In this document: positions 1 through 11,969 of the stretch, piece after piece | How the letters are laid out: every line of letters starts with the position of its first letter | Numbering within the stretch: position 1 is the first letter of the stretch | Assembly: GCF_004010195.1 (NCBI RefSeq) | Contig: NC_057719.1 | Location: forward strand, 91,572,512-91,636,511 | DNA length: 64,000 nt | Direction: 5' to 3' | Source: Chiloscyllium plagiosum | Lineage: Eukaryota | The notes under the pieces: model-generated | Told to the model about the DNA's origin: nothing | Databases searched by the model: none | Seen by the model: the letters and a program-made list of their open reading frames with translations, nothing else | Program-made: the position numbers and the translations under genes

Positions 1-682
1 CTTCACTGATGGTTAAGGGCAGACTGAGGGGGCAATAATTGACTGGATTGGATTTGTCATGTTCTTGTGTGCAGGATATACCTGGGCTTTTTCCCCCCCA
101 TTGTCAGCTGTAGCTGTACTGGAAAAGCTTGATTAGGAGTGCAGCAAGTTCTAGAACACAAATCTTCAGTATTATTGACTGAATGTTGTCAGGACCCATA
201 GCTGTTGCAGTGTCCAGTGCATCTAGCTGTTAGGCTTGAGCTGATCTGTGAGAGAGCTCTCCAGATTTTGGCACTAGCCCCCAGATGTTAGTAAGGAGGG
301 CTTTGCAAGGTCTACAGGGCTATCTTTGCCATGGTTAGTTATGCTTCCAGGTTGATGCCAGCTGGTACTCTGGTTTCATTTCTATTTTGAGACTTCTTAG
401 TGATTGTTAAAACTGAGCGATTTTCTAGGTCAATTCAGAGGGCAGTTGAAAGTCAACCACATTGCTGTGGGTCTGGATTCACATGTAGGCCACACCAGGT
501 AAGGACAGCAGATTTTCTTTTCTGAAGGACATTTGTGAACCAGATGGGTTTTTATGACAATTGACAATAGTTTCATGGTCATCAGACTCTTAATTCCATT
601 TGTAATGGTAAGATTTGAACTTGATTCCCAAACTTTACCTGGATTAATAGTCCAGCAATAATACCACAAGGCCTTGGTCTCC
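1..682 (-). mobile_element. tRNA-headed APE-RT retroelement, internally deleted copy (runs off window start)
   Basis: Minus strand: tRNA-like head, then LTNIWGLVPK (266-295, APE N-terminus), then a jump to LDTATAMGPDNI...ELAALLIKLFQYSY...DKSNPVNYCPLSL (start of RT). Confidence 0.75.
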
Positions 683-755
683 GATTTAAGAAGATGATGA
701 TGTTTTTTTTTCACCGAGTCATTAATCTCTAGCCATGGTAATTTGATTTTTTTTT

Positions 756-1078
756 TAGAGGATTACTGACAGTGTGGAAACAGGCCCTACGGCCTAACAA
801 GTCCACACTGACCCTCCAAAGAGCAACCCACCCATTCCCCGTTCCCCTACATTTACCCCTAAATAATGCACCTCGTACTACAGGCAATTTAGCACAGCCA
901 ATTCACCTTACCTGCACATCTTTGGACTATGGGAGGAAACCGGAGCACCCGGCGGAACCCACATAGACACTGAGAGAATGTGCAAATTCCACACAGTCAG
1001 TCGCCTGAGGCGGGAATTGAACCAGAGTCCCTGGCGCTGTGAGGCAGCAATACTAACCACTGAGCCACCGTGCTGCCC
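756..1078 (-). mobile_element. HE1-type SINE (tRNA head, V-domain, CR1/HER1-like tail)
   Basis: Reverse complement of the copy at 8213; A box TGGCTCAGTGG, B box GGTTCAATTCC. Confidence 0.88.
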
Positions 1079-2479
1079 ATAACTACTTGCCCTCTGTATA
1101 ACTACTTAAGGTCCTCTTCACCAATTCCAGTTATAGCATTCCAGGTCACTGGTCCCAGTGTTGTTCAGATATATGCAACCCCTCAACAACACTGTTCCTC
1201 TCTTTCTTCAGTACTGGCTAGTACTGTGAATCAAAACACTTCTTCCGGCATTCAATTCTGGCTTTACTTACCCGATGTCAATTTGTTTGCGGTTTAGGTA
1301 ATAATCCAGAGATCATTACCCATGAGATTCTGCTTTTTAATTTAGCTCCAAACTATCAATATTCCTCCAGTAGAGCCTCTTTACTGGTCCTATGGTACCG
1401 TCAGTATTGATGTGGACCATGATCACTGGATCTATTTCCTCTTACATCCAAATTCTTCCCCAGCCACAAGGAGATACCCTTAACTCTCGCGTGAGGCAGA
1501 TAAAATAGCCTTCTGGACTTCTGCCCTCAGCTGCTGAAAACAGCTTCCTAACTTCACTGTCATCTTCTTCTACGACAAAAACATTGTGTTGGTTTTTGGC
1601 ATTCTTTGATATTGTGCTCTGGAGTTTGGAAACAAAGCACTTAGTTATGACTACACAGATTTTAGCGCTCATTCAGATAAAACAACTCACCCCAGGAAAT
1701 ACGTTATCTCAAAATATTCCTAAATGGCGCAGACAAGAACTTTCAGACTTATGAATTAAATGCCACATTCTTCTTAAAAGGTCAGTGTTGTGAATGAACA
1801 AACCCTAACAAGGCAATTACAACTCTGGGGTACTCGGCATATGGAACAGGTACTCAGCTTGGATTTTATCCTACTCAAAGGGAAAAGTACTCTATACATA
1901 ATTATCATGCTACGCCAAAGTTTATAATGCTAATTTTATGTTTTAATTTCTGTCAGGAAATATCCAGTGATGCCAATGACCAACTGACCATGACAGATTT
2001 CTCAAATGCAAGATCACCATAATATAACCCTTGCTAAATATTACAAAGATGGTTTGCATCCACTCATCACCACATAAACTATTTAAAATTTTGTGCTTAA
2101 GTTGACAGATGTTATTAGTGTGCAGCAGGATTCTTTTCCACCTTGTACGCTGTATTAATGTCAAACAGTGAAGGTTTTGGGAATGGAAGTCAGGTACACG
2201 TCTCACCTAGCTACAAGGGGCACACCAAAACTCCACATCCTTGACTACACAACTGAAATCAGAAAATCACAGGGAGTGAAACAGTTGTGGCTTAGCATAT
2301 AACTTTATAGCACAGAACACTGGTATGAACAATCATGATGCTTTATTATTATGGAAGTGAGTCAATAAGCAGGGCCTCAGAACAGGATCAATGTGTTTGC
2401 ATGTGACATTATTTGCTTCTGCACCGAATTCTGAAGATAACCTCTCTTTGTTCCTATTTATTACCTATTGTCTATTCAG

Positions 2480-2738
2480 TATCAAGATGAGGAGGAATTT
2501 CTTTTCTCAGAGGGTACAGAATCTATGGAATTCTTTACTGCAGAATGCTGTTGAGGCTGGGTCATTAAGTATATTCAAGGCTGAGATAGACAGATTTTTA
2601 ATCAGCAAGGGAATCCAGGTTTAGAGAGTAAAGTTTGGAAAATGAAGTTGAAGATTATCAGACAGCCACAATCTCATTGAATGGCACAGCAGTGTCAATA
2701 GGCTGAATGGCCTACATCTGCTCCTATGTCTTATGACC
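2480..2738 (+). mobile_element. CR1 LINE 3' end
   Basis: RRNFFSQRVQNLWNSL...IFKAEIDRFL, the typical CR1 ORF2 C-terminus, followed by 3' UTR. Confidence 0.8.
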
Positions 2739-2871
2739 CTACCTGATGCCAGCAAATAATTTGGTCCAGAGAAATCTTGAATAGTTGTTGTGTCAGTAAC
2801 TGAATGAAATTTCAAATTAGATGACAGTTTCAACAGAAGTACGCATTAAAGCAAATTTCTTTGAGTTTTAC

Positions 2872-3074
2872 CTCCTAAGTTTGTTATGGTTCGAGATCTA
2901 CTTTTTGACAGCGCTGTGGATCTCTGAACACAAGCTGCTAGGACCATGGCCATTTCATCAGTTTTCACTTCCTGCTCTTCCTGACATAAAATGCAGATCA
3001 GTATTATTTTCTCAGCAGCTGTCGCACCTTGCATCGGTCCCAATGCCACACCAGGATCCTCAGCATTTGTAATA
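2872..3074 (-). CDS. UBR1: UBR1 coding exon, 203 nt ([17 protein letters not shown]...[43 protein letters not shown]); first Cys pair of the RING-H2
   Basis: cttacag|T ATT...GGA G|gtaa; [11 protein letters not shown] motif in ORF 2846..3049. Confidence 0.96.
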
Positions 3075-3359
3075 CTGTAAGAAAAAACAAGACTCCTCAG
3101 ACTAATCTAAAAGGGAGATTTATTACTTCAGCATAAACCGTTCTTGTTTACCATATTCTTTCCTTCTTGCTTTTGACTTTACTGTCACGACACATGATCT
3201 GGTGATGTCAAGCCAGTGTTTCAACAGGAAAACCCATGACCTCTGCTCCTTGGAACAAGACGATTTCTTTTAAACCAAGCACATGACCTCATCTGTATAA
3301 TTACAAAGGAAATGATGGCCTAGCTTTATCACCACTGTAGTGTTAATCCAGAGACCACT

Positions 3360-3660
3360 AAACCGCCCCCACCCCAGTCTGACCTATCACCCTCACCTTG
3401 ATCTCTTTCCACCTATCGCATTTCCGATGCCCCTCCCCCAAGTCCCGCGCTTTTCCAGCAACACATTTTCATCTCTGATCTCCAGCATCTGCAGACCTCA
3501 CTTTCTCCCCAGTTCCACCCCCCTTTCATTTATCTCTTAAGCCTCCTTGGGCCCCTCCGTACATTCCGGATGAAGAGCTTACGCTCGAAACGTCAACTTT
3601 CCTGGTCCTTGGATGCTGCCTGACCGACTGTGCTTTTCCAGCACCACACTTTTTGACTCC
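3360..3660 (+). mobile_element. Two tandem Penelope-derived terminal-repeat fragments; mutated hammerhead core at 3563-3597
   Basis: Shares ctccagcatctgcagacctcactttctcc and gcttttccagca with other copies; core reads CGGATGA-A-GAGC-TTAC-GCTC-GAAAC-GTC. Confidence 0.7.
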
Positions 3661-4499
3661 TGTCTTACATAGTCAACTTGTTTAATGGCACCTTTTGGAA
3701 ACCTAAATAAACCATATTTACTAGTTTCCCTTTACTACCCTGGCTGCCACATCCTCAAAGTTGTCAAATAGTACTTTTCTTTCACAAAACACTGTTGACT
3801 TTGCCCGATGATTGCATTATGATTTTCTAAATGTCCTTCCTTAAGTGATTCTAGCATTTTCGCAATGACAAATGTTGGGACTAACTGATTGATTTCTTTC
3901 TCCTTTCATGACTAGAAGCATTACATGTTTCCAATCTGCTGAGACCTTTTTATAATCTCGGGAGTTCTGGAAATAGCAGACTTTCCACTGATTTGAGAAC
4001 CATTTCACTGGGTGCTCAAGATGAGATCACCAAACAAATGTAGCCTGGACACACCACTAATATGATTTGGCCACTTGCTTTTTGCAGAACAAAGCAATTT
4101 TTCTTTAGCTCTTGCATTGCTGACTCAAATTTTTCAGTGCTCACTTTATACAGGAACCTGGCAGTTATGAGAGAAAGATACCTTTCATTCCCAGAAGGAT
4201 CAGATGGATTGAATTCCAGATTTCAGACATGAGAAGTTAAAGGACACCATGTCAAAATTATATATACTTTTATAAAGTGCTGCAATTAGTGGCTTATGCA
4301 TTTAAATTAAGCACCTCAGAAAAACAGAGTCAAGGTTTAGGGTACAAGATGCTCTCCAGTATCATGCTTTCAAGTGACACTTAAAGACAGGCTGTGCGCT
4401 AAATGCTCTGCTCTTTTTTTTGTTAAAAAAGTGTGATAGAAACAATTATAGGGTGGAACAACATGATGCCCTATAAACTATTGTAGGACATCCAGGCGA

Positions 4500-6250
4500 C
4501 CAAATGGATGAGCATGAAACAGGATCCAGAAGGTAGGAATAGGGTGACGTTTTTAAGATTGAAAGGAAGTGTTGTGTTCCATGCAGTTGATTTGGTGTTT
4601 ACTGTGTGCAGAAATTGTTTGGACTCCAGAATAGGAGCTCTATTGTCAAAGTTCGCAGATGATACTGAATTTCAGGGAGGATTGGTGAGATGTGGTGCAG
4701 GTGCTGGGATATAATGAAGTGAAGGACATTGCAAAATACCTATTATTTCACAAGGCAAATTAAACAGAGCTAAGTGGGAAGCCAGGGAAGTGATTTTTGG
4801 GCCCCCCTGTAATAATATTTGTATCATTAATAGCCACAGGTGAGGTGCCGCTTCTAAATGGAGGTTGGCTAACATGGTGCCATTATTTAAGAAATGCAGC
4901 AAGGAAAAGGCAGAGAACTATAGACCAGTGAGCCTCACATCAGTGATGGGCAAGTTGTTGGATGGGATAAAGAGGGATAGGATTTACATGTATTTGGAAG
5001 TCCCTAGGGATTAGGGAATTCAATCCAACAACTTGGCTTTGTGTGTGGAAAATCGTGTCTCATTAACTTGATGGAGTTTTTTTGAAGAGTGACAAAGAGG
5101 ACTGATGAAGGCAGTGTGGTTGCCGTTGACTATTTGGACTTCACTAAGGCATTCAACAAGGTTCCACATGGTAGACTAGTTAACAAGGTTAGACCCACAC
5201 AATATACAGGAAGAACTAACCATTTAGATAGAAAATTGTCTAAAGACAGAAGAGGGTGGTGGTGGTGGAGGGTTGCTTTTCGAACTGGAGGCCTGTGACT
5301 AGCGGTGTGCTGCGTCCACTGCTTTTTGTCATTTATATAAATGAATTAGATGTGAATATAGGAGGTATGGTTAGTAAATTTGTAGATGACACCAAAATGG
5401 GTTATGAAGGGGACAGCAAAGGAGGTTATGTCAGGTGACCTGATAGAGGGGTTTATGAAATTATGAGGAGCATGGACAGTGTGAATAGTCAAAGTCTTTT
5501 CCCAGAGTAATGGAGTCCAAAACTAGAGGGCATAGGTTATGGAAGGAGCTGCCAGAGGAAGTGGTGGAAGCTGGTACAATTATACTATTTAAAAGGCATC
5601 TGGATGGGTATATGAATATGAAGTGTTTAGAGGGATACAGGCCAAATGCTGGCAAATGGGACATGAAGTTAGGATATCTGGTTGGCATGGATGAGTTGGA
5701 CCAAAGGGTCTATTTCAATGCTGTACTCTATAACTCTAAATACAAGTTGTTAATGCTCATTAAGGCCATAAAAAATGAAGTGTTTAGAGGGATACAGGCC
5801 AAATGCTGGCAAATGGGACATGAGGAAGTTAGGATATCTGGTTGGCATGGACGAGTTGGACCAAAGGGTCTATTTCAATGCTGTACTCTATAACTCTAAA
5901 TACAAGTTGTTAATGCTCATTAAGGCCATAAAAATTGCAAGCAAGGTATCAGGGCTTATTTGCAAAGGAGCAAAATATAAGAATAGTCAGGGAATGTTTA
6001 ATTTATGCAGCACCTTGAGTAGATGACAGTGTATAGCTCTGGTCTCCATACTACAAAAAGAATATTAAATTAGGAGAGGAAATGCAGAAAAAAAACCTCA
6101 AAGTCATTAGCAGAATAGAGGATACTCAAGTGTCTGCAAATCAGACTGTAGTTCTTTTCTCTACGAAAGATGACGAAGAGTATGTCAGATAGAGGTAATT
6201 AAAAATTATGGGAGGGGCTTGATTAGGCAGACAGACTTTAAATTTCAGCA
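4500..6250 (+). mobile_element. Cluster of decayed CR1 ORF2 (RT to 3' end) fragments
   Basis: YLDFTKAFNKVPHGRL, LFVIYINELD, SKFVDDTK and WKELPEEVVEAG in the ORF track; frameshifted. Confidence 0.85.
5618..5934 (+). repeat. Tandem duplication, 157/160-bp units
   Basis: 5618-5774 and 5775-5934 differ by one 3-nt indel and one substitution. Confidence 0.93.
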
Positions 6251-6370
6251 GCCAATAAAATGAACAGTATCAGATTGGTTGCTTATTATTGTTTTGTTAT
6301 TGCTTCTGGTCAACAGTACACACTTTGAATAAATTTAAGTGGTCTTGCACTGGCTCTACCAGCTACATAC

Positions 6371-6552
6371 CTATCTACTTCAGTCCTAACTGTCTCTTGT
6401 TTTGGTGCTTCTGTCGCCTTCTCGTATAGGTGCTTGTTTGATTCAATGAAGTTTTTCTGCATCGCAGACATCTGTGCCATAATCTTCTGCCGATATAATT
6501 TGGCAGCCTCTGCTTTCCGTTTACGCTCAGCTTTATCTTCGTCCTGTGTAGT
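6371..6552 (-). CDS. UBR1: UBR1 coding exon, 182 nt ([45 protein letters not shown]...EVD-S); basic-residue-rich region
   Basis: tattgcag|ACT...GAT AG|gtatg; seen in ORF 6310..6558; phase 0/2. Confidence 0.96.
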
Positions 6553-6564
6553 CTGCAATAGAAT

Positions 6565-6985
6565 GAAAAACTTTCTTTCAGCCTTTCAAAACCTCTGTAT
6601 GCCCAAAAATCCATTGCAAGTGAATGACTGTCCAAGTGTAATGTGGAAACGGTGGCAGCCAATTTGTGAACAACAAAGTTTCACAACAAAGCAACGTGAT
6701 GATGATGATATAATCTGTTTTGGTGCTGTTGGATAAGGGACAAATATCAGCCAGGACACTGGCTTTAGTTAACGTGCTCTTTTATTGGATTTGCCAAATG
6801 ATCATTCATGTCCATCTGGAGAGATGGTTTTTTGGTTTAACTTCTCAACCAAAAGAGAGCACCTCAATCAGGGGATCACTCTCTTCCTACTGCACTGAAG
6901 GTACCAATTCAGGTTGTGCTTTTCGAACTTTGGATTGGAGCTTTCCAATGGAGAGGTGAAAGTATTATCACAGGCCCTTGCTGAA
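6565..6985 (-). mobile_element. Deu-domain SINE (SacSINE1/AmnSINE1-like), diverged
   Basis: Minus strand contains gtgtcctggctgatatttgtccc...aacagattat...cacaaattggctgccaccgtttccacattaca...tttgaaaggc, matching the recalled Deu core and tail; similar to the copy at 44890. Confidence 0.65.
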
Positions 6986-7168
6986 ACCTAAAACTGTTCA
7001 TAATCCTAGTGTTAGGTTTCTTCATCCCGTTGATCACTAGTTTTGAACTCAGAGGGTAGCTAGTTAACAGATCTCATCCAAAGACTTCATTCACAGACAT
7101 ACAGTAAATATTATATACTTGTAACAACACTTAAATTAAAAAAGAAAAACTATTGAAAATGCCAGTAC

Positions 7169-7249
7169 CTCATGTGTCTTTTGACTGGCTGCTTCTGTTG
7201 CTGAACATGGACTTGATTTCTCCCTCAGCTTTTTCACAGCTTCAAACAT
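7169..7249 (-). CDS. UBR1: UBR1 coding exon, 81 nt (MFEAVKKLREKSSPCSATEAASQKTHE)
   Basis: gtttcag|ATG...GAG|gtact; phase 0/0. Confidence 0.92.
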
Positions 7250-7404
7250 CTGAAACATAGATATAGAACGTTTGTGCATTCAAAACCTTTTTTTTTTCCA
7301 AATGTAATGTTTGCCTACAGACTTTAAAAATATCAGTGACCACTTTTTAAGCTTTCCTTCAGTTCCATTTCCTTTCCACCTTCAACATAACAGAGTTGTT
7401 TAGA

Positions 7405-7712
7405 TGCAGGTGGCTCAGTGGTTAGCACTGCTGCCTCACAGCGCCAAGAACCCAGGTTCAATTCCAGCCTCAGACGACTGTCTGGAGTTTGTGCATTTGC
7501 CCCATGCCCTTGTGGGCTTCCTCCCACAATCCAAAGATGTGCAGGCTAGGTGAATTGGCCATGCTAAATTACCCACAGTATTCAGGAATGTGTAGGTTAG
7601 GTGCATTAGTTAGGGTCAGAGAATTGGGTCTGGGTGGGTTACTCTTCGGAGGGTCTTTTGGACTCATTGGGCCAAGTGGCCTGTTTCCAAATTGTAAGGA
7701 TTCTAATCTAGT
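7405..7712 (+). mobile_element. HE1-type SINE
   Basis: ggtggctcagtggttagcactgctgcctcacagcgcc head, B box ggttcaattcc, tail ending ttctaatcta. Confidence 0.88.
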
Positions 7713-8212
7713 CTATGCCAAGACTACCAATGTTTATCTACAGTTTGACATTTTCTCACACAGGTCATCAGATGTAATATGACCCTATCGTTGTAAAAGA
7801 CCTGCGATAGGCTTCCACATAACAAACCTTTGAGTAAGCATGCAGAACCATAGCAACCAACACGAACAACTGGGTTAAGAGACAGAAAGCTGAGATTAGA
7901 TGGTAAAAGGTAAGCCAGGGTGGCAGAAGGTGGAAGGTGGGAATCCCAAAGATCAGTATTGGTATTGTTGTTATTGACAATTAACTATTTAGATTTTCAA
8001 AGCAAAATGACAAATGAAAATTTGGGATTAAGACAAAATTGGGAGGGTTAGTTCACACTGAGGAAAATTGCAATAAATTGAAGACAACGTGCATAAACTA
8101 ACTTCATTTGGCAATTAAATGCTCAAAACCAAGGTATTACAGCTTGCTAAAGATGACAAGGCTGACAGAGATTAATTTAAAAATAAGAATCTAAATGGGG
8201 TGGAGTAATGCT

Positions 8213-8532
8213 GGGCGGCACGGTGGCTCAGTGGTTAGCACTACTCCCTCATGGCACTCGGGTCCCAGGTTCGATTCCAGCCTTGGGTGACTGACTGTGT
8301 GGAGTTTGCACATTCTCCCCAAGTGCGTGGGTTTCCTCCGGGTGCTCCAGTTTCCTCCCACAGTCCAAAGATGTGCAGGTCAGGTGAATTGGCCATGCTA
8401 AATTGCCCATCCTGTTAGGGTCCATTAGTCAGAGGGAAATGGGTCTGGGTGAGTTACTCTTCGGAGGGTCGGTGTGGACTTGTTGTGCCGAAGGGTCTAT
8501 TTCCACACTGTAGGGAATCTAATCTAATCTAA
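8213..8532 (+). mobile_element. HE1-type SINE, full length
   Basis: A box 8224-8234, B box GGTTCGATTCC 8268-8278, (CTAAT)n tail. Confidence 0.92.
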
Positions 8533-9345
8533 AAACAAAGCCACTTCACATCAATTTATTTGGGCAGAACGATTAAACAGTCAAATAAACCTCCAACAAT
8601 TTGAGTCAAGGAACAGCAGCAGACTATTTAGTCTCTCAAGCATAATCCATCATTCAATCATGGCTGATCTCAATTATTTATGCACCTTTACTTAGAATTC
8701 TTTGTTACCCTCAGTGAATAAAATCTATCGATTGAGTGCTGAATACTTCAACTGACCTCCAGCACACAGAGCATTTTGGGATTTCCACCATCCATTGTGT
8801 GAAAATTCTGCTTCTTTATTTCACTCCTCAATGTAATTGATCTAGTTTTAGGCCGCCACAGGCAATATCTTGGCTGCATCAATGCCAGTGAAATCACACA
8901 CAAAGAAATGGTTTAAATTATGAAAATTATGAATGTTCAGACAGACCATTCCTCCCACAAAGATTTAGACTGACTACAAAACTACCTTTTGGAGTGAAAG
9001 GGTTTTCAAGAAATTATTGGTTAAAATTTCTGGCCTGGAAAGGCATAAAAATTGAGCCCACAGACTCCTTTTCAGGAGTCTGACATTAATGCTTTAATCA
9101 AAGACCATTATATACAAACTTCTTCGAGAAAGGGATATCAGAACTGAAGGAAGCCATTCAGCCTCATGACTTTGCTTCACCACCCATTTAAACCATGGCC
9201 AAACTGCCACCATCCAATCTCCTTGGTTACACAACCACTAATATCCTTGCCCGATTAAAACTGATCAATCTGAGTTTCACACATTTCAAAACAGAAACAC
9301 TGATTGAAATTCAACACAATTTGTTGCTCCCATTTCAATACAGAC

Positions 9346-9455
9346 CTGCAGAGTCCAGATAATCATATCCTTCTGGGCATCTAATTGAGGGACACATCTT
9401 AGCTTTTCTAAAAGTGACAGGATGCTCTCAGCATTCACTGCGGAACTTCCTACTC
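9346..9455 (-). CDS. UBR1: UBR1 coding exon, 110 nt (R-VGSSAVNAESILSLLEKLRCVPQLDAQKDMIIWTLQ)
   Basis: ctttgaag|GA GTA GGA...CAG|gtctg; PQLxxQKDMIxW motif; the start could shift 3 or 6 nt because of tandem acceptors. Confidence 0.92.
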
Positions 9456-9643
9456 CTTCAAAGCAACCAGAAAAGATAAGTTACAAAAACAAAATGCATA
9501 ACTGGAAAGCTAGTAGAACATTTATCATTTATTGTGAGGCAGGGCTGTCTTAATAAAAAAGTGGGAATGCTTCAGTTATTTATAGAAGGAACTGGTGAGA
9601 CTGCATCTGGAGTGCTGTAAAAGTACTGGTCATCTTATTTTGA

Positions 9644-9954
9644 GATTAGATTACATTACAGTGTGGAAACAGGCCCTTCGGCCCAACAAGTCCACACCGA
9701 CCCGCCGAAGCGCAACCCACCCATACCCCTACATTTACCCCTTTAACCTAACACTATGGGCAATTTAGCATAGCCAATTCACCTGACCCGCACATCTTTT
9801 GGACTGTGGGAGGAAACCGGAGCACCCGGAGGAAACCCACGCAGACACGGGGAGAGTGTGCAAACTCCACACAGTCAGTCGCCTGAGTCAGGAATTGAAC
9901 CCGGGTCTCTGGCGCTGTGAGGCAGCAGTGCTAACCACTGTGCCACCGTGCTGC
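9644..9954 (-). mobile_element. HE1-type SINE (young) inserted in an older CR1 fragment (~9510-10470, +)
   Basis: Close reverse complement of the 33444-33754 copy; CR1 sequence resumes on both sides. Confidence 0.9.
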
Positions 9955-10626
9955 CGCCTTAAATATCTTATTTAAGGTTGGATGAAAATGTGCTGGAAGC
10001 AGCACCTGCTCTGACTAGACCAAGATGCTAAGGAATAAGGGGGGGGGGGTTGACAGTTGAGGAAAGGCTAAACAGGCTAGGCTTGTATCTGTTGAAGTTT
10101 TAGAAGGGTAAAAGTATCTTAGTAGAAGCACATGAGATCCTTAGGGATCTTGACAGGGTAAATATTAAAAAGAGCTTCTAGAATTGTAGAACTGGGGTCA
10201 CTGTTTAAATATCAGGTGACATTCACTTAAAACAAAGAGGAGATGAACTTTTTTTCCTCTGAGGATCTCAAGTCTTTGAAACCCTCTTCCTGAAAAGATG
10301 ATGGAAGCAGAGCGCTTGAATTTTTTTTAAAGGCAGAGGCAGACAGATTCTTGATGAGCAAGGGTGTGAAAGTTATTGGGGTAAGGGTGGAAAGGTGGTT
10401 TTGAGGTTGTAATCAGATTAGTTATGATCGTATTGAATGGAGGATCAGGCTCAAGAGACTGAGGGCCTTCATGTTCTTTGTAATTTGCTTGGTTGGAAAA
10501 AATACAAGCAAATTTTGTCTTTTTGTATTATCAGTGGTTTCATTTAAATAGCCTGCAAAAGCATAAACATGTAACGCATTTATTAACCTGGAATCAGTTT
10601 GTGAAGTAATTGCAAGGTTGAAGTCA

Positions 10627-10745
10627 TGATTTGGAGATGCTGGTGTTGGACTGGGGTGTACAAAGTTAAAAATCACACAACACCAGGTTATAGTCCAACA
10701 GGTTTAATTGGAAGCACACTAGCTTTCGGAACTAGTGTGATTTTT
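10627..10745. mobile_element. Short fold-back Penelope-derived element with perfect 13-bp TSD
   Basis: aaggttgaagtca at 10614-10626 and 10746-10758; internal inverted aaaaatcacac/gtgtgattttt; same family as 31200-31396. Confidence 0.8.
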
Positions 10746-10959
10746 AAGGTTGAAGTCAGGAGCATGACTAGGAAGAGTAATGGGTGGAAATATGATCAGA
10801 TAAAAGCTGAGACAAACAATTCACATCTGCACAGCCACAGTAAAGGCAGACACTTTTCTTTAAAGTGGCATTGGTGTAAAAAAACTCAAGGTTTTGTCAA
10901 TGCAAATGACTATAATTGGTGAAAAATGTGATTTTGGTTGAGATAAATTTAACTGACCA

Positions 10960-11106
10960 AAAAAAAAACTGAATGAGCGGCTAATGTTGGAAATCAGAAA
11001 CAAAAAGACAAATTAGCGGAAAAGCTCGGAGTCTGGCAGCGTATGTGGAGAGAAAGCTTTCTCTCCACAGAGTTAGCTGCTGAGTTTTTTCAGCAATTTC
11101 TGTTTT
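10960..11106. mobile_element. Short fold-back Penelope-derived element
   Basis: Central hairpin tgtggagagaaag/ctttctctccaca; same family as 52473-52663. Confidence 0.65.
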
Positions 11107-11690
11107 AATTTAACATTGACAAGAATCCACAACAGGATCTCCAGGAGAAAATCAAGGGCATTGCATCAGAAGCTAATTAATAGACTGGTTAGGATATTTT
11201 GGTCATCAATCCAAAATGTTAACTCTTCTCTCTACAAATGGTGAGTATTTCCAGTATTTTATGACTTTATTTCAGATTTCCAGTAATCGCAATATTGCAG
11301 TGTAAAAGACAGCTTTTGTCTTTGGGATAGAATTCAGATATTTCAGAGACTGCAACAGGACGGTATCATGCAAAGGCACATGAACTGAAACAGGTTTGAA
11401 AACCTTTTAAATCATATTTCTCCTGTCAAAACCTTACCAATACTAAGCTGATGAGGTTTGCTTCTTCTGACCAGAGAGTAATGCAGTAGTGGCAGTATAT
11501 TACTGACCCTATTGTTCTAAGGTGTAACGATTTCAGTAGCTATTGTAATATTTCATTTTAATTTTATACAGTATGCATTTCAATTTTGAATTAACACCAT
11601 CAACCGCAATGATATCATCTGAACTATTATTGCAGTAGCAATTACTATTTGCCAATTTGTTTCAAATTCAGAAACAGGTGCAATACGTAC

Positions 11691-11784
11691 TTGTTGCTTT
11701 AAGATAAACATCAAAGTTCACATCTTCTTCACCCTCCAGTTGTCTCTGTTCTTCTTGTAATGCCATGCAGATAAGATGAAGAGT
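11691..11784 (-). CDS. UBR1: UBR1 coding exon, 94 nt (TLHLICMALQEEQRQLEGEEDVNFDVYLKAT-R)
   Basis: ccatag|ACT...ACA A|gtacg; phase 0/1. Confidence 0.92.
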
Positions 11785-11969
11785 CTATGGTGTGGAGAGA
11801 AACATAACTGTTTTGTCAGTAACTTAAAATATGCATTTGTGGCACTGATAACAAAACCATTAAGATTGCATTCCCTGATTATAAAGACACCTTTTAGGTG
11901 AATTACTACAGAGTTATTTCCCCGACTAAAAAGTATTGGGAAGTGAGTACTGTTATTATTGGAAACTAG

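Noticed and set aside
8213..8290. tRNA genes at A/B-box motifs
   Set aside because: Each runs into a SINE body and tail and is multi-copy, so these are SINE heads.
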